A stretch of DNA of 64,000 nucleotides, taken from NCBI GenBank assembly GCA_016212885.1, contig JACRDO010000016.1, positions 8,255 through 72,254 of the forward strand, in the 5' to 3' direction. How positions within the stretch are numbered: position 1 is the first letter of the stretch; every line of letters starts with the position of its first letter. This DNA is from Elusimicrobiota bacterium (lineage in GTDB: Bacteria > Elusimicrobiota > Elusimicrobia > UBA1565). Position numbers and translations under genes: made by a program. The notes beneath the pieces were generated by a model that saw only the letters and a program-made list of their open reading frames with translations, was not told the DNA's origin and did no database searches. Positions 9,670 through 16,970 of the stretch are shown in pieces.

Positions 9670-10926
9670 ATGGGAAAGCATGCCCTCTCCCTGATGTTCG
9701 CCGCGGCCCTGGCCCTGCGGATCGGATATGCCCTGACTTTTTCTCCCGCTCCCGCCCCGGGGGACGCGTCCCAATACGACGCCATAGGATGGCGCCTGGC
9801 GTCCGGCGGAGGCTTCTCCATCGAGCCCGGCGTTCCCACGCCGGTAAGAGCGCCCGGCTATCCGTTCTTCCTTGCCGCGCTCTACCGCTTCTTTGGACAC
9901 TCGCCGCTCGCGGCTCTTCTCGCGCAGGCCCTGCTTGGGGGGCTGATATGCCTGCTGATCTACGACATCGCCAAGAGGCTCTTCGATGAAAGGACGGCCC
10001 TGCTTGGGGCCTGGTTTACCGCGCTCTTCCCGGTTTCCGTGGTCTACTCGGGCCTGCTTTTGAGCGAGACCCTGTTCGCTTTCTTGTTCATTTTGAGCAT
10101 AGCGTTTTTCGCGAGAAGCGAAGACGGGGAAAAAAGGGGCGCGCTCATGCTTTCCGGAGCCGCGCTCGGCCTGGCCACGCTGACCAGACCCACCACCCTA
10201 TTGTTCCCGTTTGGGATCGGCCTGGCGCTGTTGGCTTCCGGCGCACGTCATCCGTTCAAGAAGTTGATTCTCGTGGGCCTTGCTTTTGCCGTTCCCATCA
10301 TTCCTTGGACAGCGCGCAACTGGAGCCGGTTCGGCGTTCTTTTGCCGGTGGCCACCGGCGGAGCCACCTGTCTTTACGCCACGGGGCGCATGGCGGCTGG
10401 GGGCACTTATGAGCAGGGGTTCGAGGAAATAACCGTGAAATGGGAAAAATTCAAGGCTTCCGCGGATTTTCCAAAAGGGCTTGATCCCCACATCAGCTTC
10501 GACCGGCGGCTGAAAGAGGAAGGGGTTGCCCTGATAAAAGCGCATCCTGCCGGATATGCCGCAGTCATCCTGAAGCGGATCCCGAAATACTGGCTTTCCA
10601 GCCATTCCTCGATATTCGGCGTGGACAAGCCGCTCGGCGAATATTACGCTCAAAAGGACTACTTCCCCATAGCGGTCCGCGCCGGCCTTATGCTCTTTCA
10701 CGGGCTGATATTCCTGTCGATGCTGCTCGGTCTCTTCTACGCCGGGGGCTCTTTGAGAAAATGGGCCATTCTGCCGGTGATCCTCCTTTATTTCAACATG
10801 CATATCTTTTTCGATCTGTGCCCCAGGTACTTTGTGCCTATCTTTCCCTACATCTTTGTTTTTTGCGCCGTGACGGCGCTCAAACTGCGCGATAAACTGC
10901 CGCCGCCGGGGGGGCGGCGCGTATGA
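9670..10926 (+). CDS. GT39/GT83-type (PMT_2/ArnT-like) membrane glycosyltransferase
   Basis: 418 aa and polytopic. The N-terminal LRIGYAL...GDASQYDAIGWRLASGGGF...RAPGYPFFLAALYRFFG is the typical first-loop signature of dolichyl/undecaprenyl-phosphate-sugar-dependent glycosyltransferases. Confidence 0.7.
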   Translation: MGKHALSLMFAAALALRIGYALTFSPAPAPGDASQYDAIGWRLASGGGFSIEPGVPTPVRAPGYPFFLAALYRFFGHSPLAALLAQALLGGLICLLIYDIAKRLFDERTALLGAWFTALFPVSVVYSGLLLSETLFAFLFILSIAFFARSEDGEKRGALMLSGAALGLATLTRPTTLLFPFGIGLALLASGARHPFKKLILVGLAFAVPIIPWTARNWSRFGVLLPVATGGATCLYATGRMAAGGTYEQGFEEITVKWEKFKASADFPKGLDPHISFDRRLKEEGVALIKAHPAGYAAVILKRIPKYWLSSHSSIFGVDKPLGEYYAQKDYFPIAVRAGLMLFHGLIFLSMLLGLFYAGGSLRKWAILPVILLYFNMHIFFDLCPRYFVPIFPYIFVFCAVTALKLRDKLPPPGGRRV

Positions 10927-12356
10927 AGATACTTTTTCAGGAACCGTTGACAAGCCCGCGGCTGACATACGGCAAGTTTTCGCAAGGGGCCGGCAACAAC
11001 ACTTTTCCTTACGGCCTCGCCTCCGTGGCACGCTACGTCATGGACCGGGGGCACGCCGTCGAGTATCTGGAGCCCGGCATAGCGGGAATGGACATGGAGG
11101 CTTACGGCCGGTATCTCCGCGGGAAGGATTTTGACCTCATAGGCATGAGCTCCACCACTCTGCAGATAAATCAGGCGATCAAGACCTTCGAATTCATAAA
11201 AAAGATCAACCCCCGCATCATCACGGTTCTCGGCGGGGTGCACGCCACCATCATGCCCGGCGAGACCCTCGGGGCCGCGCAAGCCGTTGATTATCTTGTG
11301 CTGGGCGAGGGGGAGGTTCCGTTCTGCAAACTGCTGGCATGCCTTGAAAGCGGCGGGGGCGGAGTGGAAAAAGTGGCCGGCTTGGCCTTCAGAAGCGCCG
11401 CGGGCGCGGCGATAAATCCGCCCTCGGCCGGAAACGCGCTGGAAAGCCGCGACCTTCCGGTTCCCCCCTATCAGCTCTTCCCGATGAGGAAATACATAGC
11501 GCAGATATCCTATACGAAAAGGTTCCCGTCGTATTCCATCGTCGCTTCGCGGGGCTGCCCCTTCAAATGTTCGTTCTGCAACGGAAGCGCGGTGATGGGC
11601 AGCCGGGTGCGCTGCAAGCCGCCGGACAAGCTCATAGAGGAGATCGAGATACTGAAGAACGAATACGGGGCGAAAGGCATATTTTTTCTGGATTCCACTT
11701 TCACCTTGAACAAGAGCTGGGCGGCCGAGTTCTGCCGGAAATACTCCGAAAAGAAGGTCGGCCTTCCCTGGGCCTGCAATTCCAGGGTGGATACGGTCGA
11801 CGAACCGCTGCTCAGGCTGATGAAGGACGCGCTCTGTTGGGAAATACTTTACGGCGTCGAATCCGGCAATCAGAAGTCGCTGGACATGATAAACAAGGGC
11901 ACCACGGTCGAACAGAACACACGGACACTGAAGCTGACGATGAGCCTCGGCTTCTACACCTACGCCAGCTACATCCTCTGTCTCCCGGAGGAAACCGAGG
12001 GCGACGCGCTCAACACCATCCGGTATGCCCGGGAGCTGGCCACCCCCATAGCCATATTCTATCTTCCGGTCCCATTCCCGAAAACGGCGCTTTATGAGGT
12101 CTGCCGGCAAAAAGGGCTGCTCCGCGAGAACGCGGATTGGGAAGATTACAACGCTTGGGATTTCTCCAACCCGGTGTACATCAATCCGCTTATCGGAAAA
12201 GAGAAGATGCAGCGGCTGCTCAAGCGCGCCTATTGCGAGTACTACCGCACCCCCGGGGTCATATTCGCGAATCTGAAGGAGCTGCTTTTCCTGCGGCAGG
12301 ACCTGAGGAAATTCATTTACGCCATCAAGGGCATCAGCGGCCTTTACAGGTCTTAG
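10923..12356 (+). CDS. B12-binding-domain radical SAM protein (class B)
   Basis: 477 aa. N-terminal cobalamin-binding-like Rossmann region (FDLIGMSSTT), then the CxxxCxxC motif in ASRGCPFKCSFCNG. An ATGA overlap joins it to the upstream glycosyltransferase. Confidence 0.8.
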   Translation: MKILFQEPLTSPRLTYGKFSQGAGNNTFPYGLASVARYVMDRGHAVEYLEPGIAGMDMEAYGRYLRGKDFDLIGMSSTTLQINQAIKTFEFIKKINPRIITVLGGVHATIMPGETLGAAQAVDYLVLGEGEVPFCKLLACLESGGGGVEKVAGLAFRSAAGAAINPPSAGNALESRDLPVPPYQLFPMRKYIAQISYTKRFPSYSIVASRGCPFKCSFCNGSAVMGSRVRCKPPDKLIEEIEILKNEYGAKGIFFLDSTFTLNKSWAAEFCRKYSEKKVGLPWACNSRVDTVDEPLLRLMKDALCWEILYGVESGNQKSLDMINKGTTVEQNTRTLKLTMSLGFYTYASYILCLPEETEGDALNTIRYARELATPIAIFYLPVPFPKTALYEVCRQKGLLRENADWEDYNAWDFSNPVYINPLIGKEKMQRLLKRAYCEYYRTPGVIFANLKELLFLRQDLRKFIYAIKGISGLYRS

Positions 12357-12512
12357 GCGGCGGCAATAAATAACCCGTGCGACTATTTGCATGACTGTGG
12401 GCGACCACGGTTGGAGTAACATGTAGAGGTTGTTTATTGACGCGCACTTGGAGCCGAGTCTTAGAGGAGTCTGGAATGCGCAGGCGGGTTTTAGTAGACT
12501 CAGCCGGCTCTC

Positions 12513-13565
12513 ATGCGCCTGAAATGGATCGAGATCGACCTCGCCGCGGTCCGCTCGAACGTCAAGGCCGCGCTTCGTCTCTTGGGCCCCGCAAAGCTGA
12601 TGGCCGTTGTCAAGGCCGACGCTTACGGCCATGGGGCCCAGAGGATCTCGCGCCTCGCCCTGGCCAACGGCGCCTCCTGCCTCGGGGTGCTGACGCTGGA
12701 AGAGGCGGTCTCGCTCCGGGCCAGGGGCGTTTGCGGAAAAATCGTCCTCCTCGCCCCGCCGGCGCCCGCGCAGGCGGAGGAAGTCGCGCGCGCGCGCGTC
12801 GAGACCACGGTGGATTCCCTGGAGCTGGCTTCCGCCTTGGACCGCCGCGCCAGGGGCGCCCCCCTGCCGGTCCATGCGGACCTGGATTACGGCCTGGGCC
12901 GATGGGGCCTGCCTCCTGGAGAGCTCCACTCCTTTCTCAAGGGCCTGCTTAGACGCAGGAGGCTGAGGCTGGCCGGGCTCTCCGCGCACATCGACTACGT
13001 GCCGGGGCAGAACGCGGTCGAGGCCGAGGAGAAGCTGCGCGACTTCCATCGCCGCTGCGCTCTCGCGCGCCGCCTCTTCCCGGGCATCGTCTGCCACGCG
13101 GCGAACACCTCGATCCTGCTGGACTTCCCCCATTGGAAGATGGACATGGTCCGGCTCGGCAACTTCCTCTACGGCATCAATCCGACGTCGAAGGAAGCCC
13201 CGCTCAAGGACCCCTGGGCCTTCTATGCCCGCATCATTTCCATCAAAGAAGCGGCCAAGGGCCGGTCCATCGGCTACGCGAGCGAGTACGTGGCCCCCAG
13301 GCGCATGCGCGTGGCGACCCTGCCGGTCGGCTACTCCGACGGGCTGACCATGGAGCCGGCCGAGCGGCTCATCCGGCTGGGCTCCGGCCTCCAGTATTGG
13401 GGGATGCTTCGCGGCCAGAGCGCCCCCTTCGTGGGGCGCTGCGGCATCTCGCATGTCCTGGTGGACATCACCCGCATCGAAAGCGCCCGCGTCGGGGACC
13501 CGGTCTCCCTGCCCATCCGCCGCACCGCGGCGAGTTCGCGCATCCCGCGGATCTACAAGAACTAA
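12513..13565 (+). CDS. alr: alanine racemase
   Basis: 350 aa. IDLAAVRSNV, the PLP-lysine motif AVVKADAYGHGA, and the C-terminal beta domain (LPVGYSDG). Confidence 0.85.
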   Translation: MRLKWIEIDLAAVRSNVKAALRLLGPAKLMAVVKADAYGHGAQRISRLALANGASCLGVLTLEEAVSLRARGVCGKIVLLAPPAPAQAEEVARARVETTVDSLELASALDRRARGAPLPVHADLDYGLGRWGLPPGELHSFLKGLLRRRRLRLAGLSAHIDYVPGQNAVEAEEKLRDFHRRCALARRLFPGIVCHAANTSILLDFPHWKMDMVRLGNFLYGINPTSKEAPLKDPWAFYARIISIKEAAKGRSIGYASEYVAPRRMRVATLPVGYSDGLTMEPAERLIRLGSGLQYWGMLRGQSAPFVGRCGISHVLVDITRIESARVGDPVSLPIRRTAASSRIPRIYKN

Positions 13566-13680
13566 GCCGGATTCTTCATTTGGCCCGAGATACGGCACGC
13601 TCGGGCGCACCAACGGCGCATGAAGGAAAGCTTCTGGGGAAAGAGCCGACGGCAATTTGTTCGGCGCCTTGGTGCGCCGG

Positions 13681-13713
13681 GGTTTTCATCCTCCCGTTGG
13701 TCGGATGAAAACC
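13681..13713 (+). terminator. hairpin, possible alr terminator
   Basis: GGTTTTCATCC, an 11-nt loop, then GGATGAAAACC (11-bp perfect stem), followed by TTCTTCACGCTTTCGGTTTC. The T-tract is weak and the hairpin lies 116 nt after the alr stop. Confidence 0.35.
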
Positions 13714-14037
13714 TTCTTCACGCTTTCGGTTTCTGCCCACGTCACTTCCGGAAAAGATGGCGACTTTGAAAAGAAATTATGCTGCAAATGACGGGCTTTT
13801 TTCAAAAAACACTTGCAGCGCTGCAAGTAAAAAGCAAAAAGCGCTGATAATAACTGCTCTTTTCTTTCCACAAGTCGCCATCAGGAACGTAAGCATGAGT
13901 GAACCCAAATCCCCCGTCGGGGCAAAGGCGTGTTTCGGGGTTGGGGGGGTCGCTTCCTCAACGAGCGAGCGCGGTTTCACCAAAACCTTTCGGAGTTCCC
14001 TGCGTTTTCTAAAAAATACTGCTGTGATTTCCAGCAC

Positions 14038-14065
14038 AATTCACATCGCCCGGGCGATGTGAATT
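14038..14065. repeat. 28-nt palindrome abutting the IS insertion site
   Basis: AATTCACATCGCC-CG-GGCGATGTGAATT has perfect 13-nt arms. Its right arm contains 7 of the 8 nt of the IS target duplication. Confidence 0.8.
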
Positions 14066-14066
14066 A
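14059..14066. repeat. target-site duplication, left copy (GTGAATTA)
   Basis: The identical 8-mer flanks the other IS end at 16748-16755. An 8-bp duplication is the IS66-family norm. Confidence 0.85.
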
Positions 14067-14088
14067 GTAAACATTCGGTAAACCCCGT
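14067..14088. repeat. IS terminal inverted repeat (left)
   Basis: GTAAACATTCGGTAAACCCCGT, exact reverse complement of 16726-16747. Confidence 0.9.
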
Positions 14089-14099
14089 AGGGGGATGTT

Positions 14100-14981
14100 T
14101 CAGGCGCAGAGTATTTGGCGGGAGTTTGTGCGTAGAGGATAGAGGAATACATGCTTGACGGGAAGTGGGTTGTGATGATGTCGGTCTAGCTTGCCCCTAC
14201 CTTGAGTTTGTCCCACCAATAACCAATTGGCTGCCTTATAGCAGGTACCCGCAAAACGGGTATCCACGAAAGTCTCCAACAGGACCGGCGAATACCTGTA
14301 ACGCATTTGCCAATCTTGAGGCAATTGCTTGGCAACGCCTGCCAGAATGCGGGAGGCGAGATTGCGGGAAGTCACCCAAGGCAGGATGAGGAAGCGGGCG
14401 TTGTTGACGACGAGATGCAGGTTTCTAGCGCGTTGATCAGTGGTCCAACCCACGAAGTGATCGCGCGGCGCCACTTTCCAGGCGGCGGCGCCGAAGCCGA
14501 GAGCAGCCAAGAGATAGGTGTTGCTGAAAACCAAGTAGCGGATTTGCGCCCCGGGCAGCGGCTTGTAGCCCAAGTAATGATAGCGGTCGATCAATTCATT
14601 CCAAAGGGAGCCGTCTTTGGCCGTGGAGACGGGATGAAATTGCAGCGGGCCCAAGTCGCCAGCTGACATCGAAACAGGGAATTGAGGATCAGACGCAGAA
14701 GTCCAAGCAGGGCAGGTTCGACCGTTGCCGTTGCCCTTTTGTGGAGCAGGCAAACAGATCAGATCATCGCGATGCATGCGCAGCATCGCCACCCGGCAGG
14801 ACATTTCCTTGCGACGGCCGTCCGGCTTGATCCAACCAAGAGCGTCGCACACCGCGCGTGAAAGCGCGACGCGATTGTAAGACGGATGATCGACAATGAA
14901 GCGCCCAATCCAAAGGATCTCTTGCGAATTGAACAGGCGTCCGCAGTAGCGGCGCGAGGTTTCCGCCTCAGGGAGGGTCAT
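14100..14981 (-). CDS. DUF4338 (DruA-like) domain protein, IS passenger
   Basis: Motifs WNELIDRYHYLGYKPLPGAQIRYLV, NNARFLILPWV and AGTCYKAANW are typical of DUF4338. The ATG at 14981 forms an ATGA overlap with the transposase stop. The track start at 15110 would overlap the transposase by 133 nt. The stop lies only 11 nt from the IR. Confidence 0.8.
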   Translation of the reverse strand: MTLPEAETSRRYCGRLFNSQEILWIGRFIVDHPSYNRVALSRAVCDALGWIKPDGRRKEMSCRVAMLRMHRDDLICLPAPQKGNGNGRTCPAWTSASDPQFPVSMSAGDLGPLQFHPVSTAKDGSLWNELIDRYHYLGYKPLPGAQIRYLVFSNTYLLAALGFGAAAWKVAPRDHFVGWTTDQRARNLHLVVNNARFLILPWVTSRNLASRILAGVAKQLPQDWQMRYRYSPVLLETFVDTRFAGTCYKAANWLLVGQTQGRGKLDRHHHNPLPVKHVFLYPLRTNSRQILCA

Positions 14982-16651
14982 GGGGGGCGGCACGGCAGGA
15001 GCCAATTGGTTTTCTGCTCTTGCGATAAGTTCCAAGGCAGCCAGGGTTCGATTGATTGTGGAACTCGTCCGCCGTTTTCCGCACAGGCTTTGAAATAGGC
15101 GGAAAACCACTGTTGCGGATCAACGCCGTTTTGCCGCAAGGTTTGAATGATCGTGAAGGCATGGGCGCTGAAATGGCCGCTCCAGAGTGAGCCGCTGCCG
15201 TAGTAGTTCTTGCGGCCCACGGCCAGTATGCGCTGTAGCCGCTCCGATTCGTTATTGTCCATGGGAATTTCGGGATGCTCCACGAAAAGGGTCAGCCCTT
15301 CCCAGTGCCGACTCAGACATTCCAGGACTTGCTTTTGTATCGGATGCAACTGAGCATCGGCGAGTTCCCGATCGCGGATATCCGCCATGTCCGCCATGGC
15401 CTGACGCAGATTCTGATCGTGCGCCTCAAAGGCCGGCGAATGCGCCGGAGCTTCCACCCGTTGGCCATTGATGTGAAACGCCGCGTTGATGCGCGCCACC
15501 CAACCTTCGGCCCACGCACGTAGCCGGGGGTGGCCGTCGCTGATTTCGACAAAGTCCCTGCGCCGATGAGCCCAGCAGAAAGCGATGAGGATTTTGATTC
15601 CCAGCCTGGCGGCCCGGACTTGGTGCGCCTTGTAGGCCGAGTAACAATCCACCAGCAGAAAGCCATCCCAGGGCCCCAGATGTTTTCGTACGACCTCGGC
15701 TGAGCGCGAGGGGTCGAGGATGTAGACGACCGTTTCTTCCGTCACGTCGATCCACATCCACCAGAGGTAGCCCTCTTTGCCTTCTTTGAGGATAAACACA
15801 AACCAGCGCGTTTCGTCCATCTTGCGTAGCCGGGCTTGGTGGCTGTGCGCGACGATGCCGTTATAAACGGGTTCCAACAGCGGGGCAAGGAATCTAAAGC
15901 CCCCGGCGATGGTTCCGGGTGAAATCTCCAGACCTTCCATGGCCAACATGATGAGGACACGATGAACGGGCAACTGGATCAGGAATTTCGCTATCAAGAA
16001 CCGCACCCAAAAGTCGATGGCGAACATACCTTTGGGGATGAGCTTCGCAGGCGGCGGTGCCGTGATGAGGCAGGGCACGGCCCCGCAGGCGCACGTGGGT
16101 TTGTAACGCTTGCGTTTGTGGACACGACGGACGATGCGAACCACCCAATCAATCTCTTCGGAATCCTCAGTGTCGGCGATTGGAGCAAAAGGCAGCCTAC
16201 AGCGAGGGCAAACCTGCTGGTCCGGCGGCAATTCGTGTTCGATCACTTCGGTTGTGAACTTCGGATGGTTTCGGTTTCTCCGGCCATGGCCCTGCGATCC
16301 TGGTTGTTGACCCCGTTTCTGGCGATCAGGAGGTTGAACCATCAAGAGATCGACGTCCGTCGAGTCGTCCAGGCATCCTTTATCGTTCGCTGTCTTGGTC
16401 TGCTCCGACTTTTGGCCGAACAGTTGTTGCTTCAGCCACGCTCGCTGAGCTTTCAGATTTTCGATTTCTTCGGCCTGCTCCGCGATCCGGATCTCTTGCT
16501 GACGGACGGTCTTTTCCAATTCATCCACACGTTCTTTCAAAACGCTTTCGCGTTCAACGGCGCGGGCATGCAGCGCCTGGTAATGGCCCACGCGCCAACG
16601 CAATTCGCCTAACGTGTCGGAAGACTTGACCTCGACGGGGGGAACGATCAC
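14978..16651 (-). CDS. IS66-family transposase (TnpC-type DDE)
   Basis: 557 aa. N-terminal leucine-zipper coiled coil, a zf-IS66-like region (CPRC...CACG), and a DDE core (KMDETRWFV, LLVDCYSAYK, FCWAHRRRDF). Confidence 0.9.
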   Translation of the reverse strand: MIVPPVEVKSSDTLGELRWRVGHYQALHARAVERESVLKERVDELEKTVRQQEIRIAEQAEEIENLKAQRAWLKQQLFGQKSEQTKTANDKGCLDDSTDVDLLMVQPPDRQKRGQQPGSQGHGRRNRNHPKFTTEVIEHELPPDQQVCPRCRLPFAPIADTEDSEEIDWVVRIVRRVHKRKRYKPTCACGAVPCLITAPPPAKLIPKGMFAIDFWVRFLIAKFLIQLPVHRVLIMLAMEGLEISPGTIAGGFRFLAPLLEPVYNGIVAHSHQARLRKMDETRWFVFILKEGKEGYLWWMWIDVTEETVVYILDPSRSAEVVRKHLGPWDGFLLVDCYSAYKAHQVRAARLGIKILIAFCWAHRRRDFVEISDGHPRLRAWAEGWVARINAAFHINGQRVEAPAHSPAFEAHDQNLRQAMADMADIRDRELADAQLHPIQKQVLECLSRHWEGLTLFVEHPEIPMDNNESERLQRILAVGRKNYYGSGSLWSGHFSAHAFTIIQTLRQNGVDPQQWFSAYFKACAENGGRVPQSIEPWLPWNLSQEQKTNWLLPCRPP

Positions 16652-16725
16652 ATCGAGGATTCTACATCAACGGGGGGTGCGTGTCCAGCCCCCCACCCTG
16701 GATGGAGATTTACGTGCTACGAACC

Positions 16726-16747
16726 ACGGGGTTTACCGAATGTTTAC
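16726..16747. repeat. IS terminal inverted repeat (right)
   Basis: ACGGGGTTTACCGAATGTTTAC, reverse complement of 14067-14088. Confidence 0.9.
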
Positions 16748-16755
16748 GTGAATTA
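16748..16755. repeat. target-site duplication, right copy (GTGAATTA)
   Basis: Identical to 14059-14066. Confidence 0.85.
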
Positions 16756-16800
16756 TCTTTATATTCTCGGGATAATTTTTTCAGAAACAAAGGAACATAC

Positions 16801-16819
16801 GTAAACATTCGGTCAACCC
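16801..16819. repeat. solo IS66-type inverted-repeat remnant
   Basis: GTAAACATTCGGTCAACCC matches the first 19 nt of the IS left IR with one mismatch, in the same orientation, 53 nt beyond the intact element. There is no similarity after that. Confidence 0.45.
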
Positions 16820-16970
16820 ATGCGTGCTCGTCGAGGGAATAGAGTCAGCTTTTTGGTTGGTGTGCGTGGTCCGCAACTTGGTCAGCCTGCTGCAAGGGGC
16901 GGGACAAAATAGTCCAGGCCTTCACGTCTACCGGAAGAGGCCAAATGAACTTTTCGCGCTAAGCCGTTGT

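Larger units (their letters stand above)
14067..16747 (-). mobile_element. intact IS66-family insertion sequence (2,681 bp) carrying a transposase plus a DUF4338 gene
   Basis: 22-bp perfect terminal inverted repeats starting GTAA (GTAAACATTCGGTAAACCCCGT at 14067-14088, reverse complement at 16726-16747). 8-bp direct repeats. The element has visibly lower GC than its flanks. Confidence 0.9.

Noticed and set aside
10848-13655. 935-aa minus-strand ORF spanning the radical-SAM and alr region
   Set aside because: It is antisense to two genes with clear family motifs. Its product is R/G/A/P/H-rich with no recognisable motif. It is a typical high-GC shadow ORF.
13757-14062. ORFs 13757-14062 (+) and 13777-14037 (-) in the low-GC spacer
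   Set aside because: They have no Shine-Dalgarno sequence or family motif, mutually overlap on opposite strands, and lie across palindromes. The region is more plausibly non-coding.
14100-16651. A Druantia anti-phage defence locus (because of the DruA-like DUF4338)
   Set aside because: There are no DruB-E genes or large helicase gene nearby. The gene lies inside IS66 terminal repeats and is coupled to the transposase, so it is an IS component and not a defence island.
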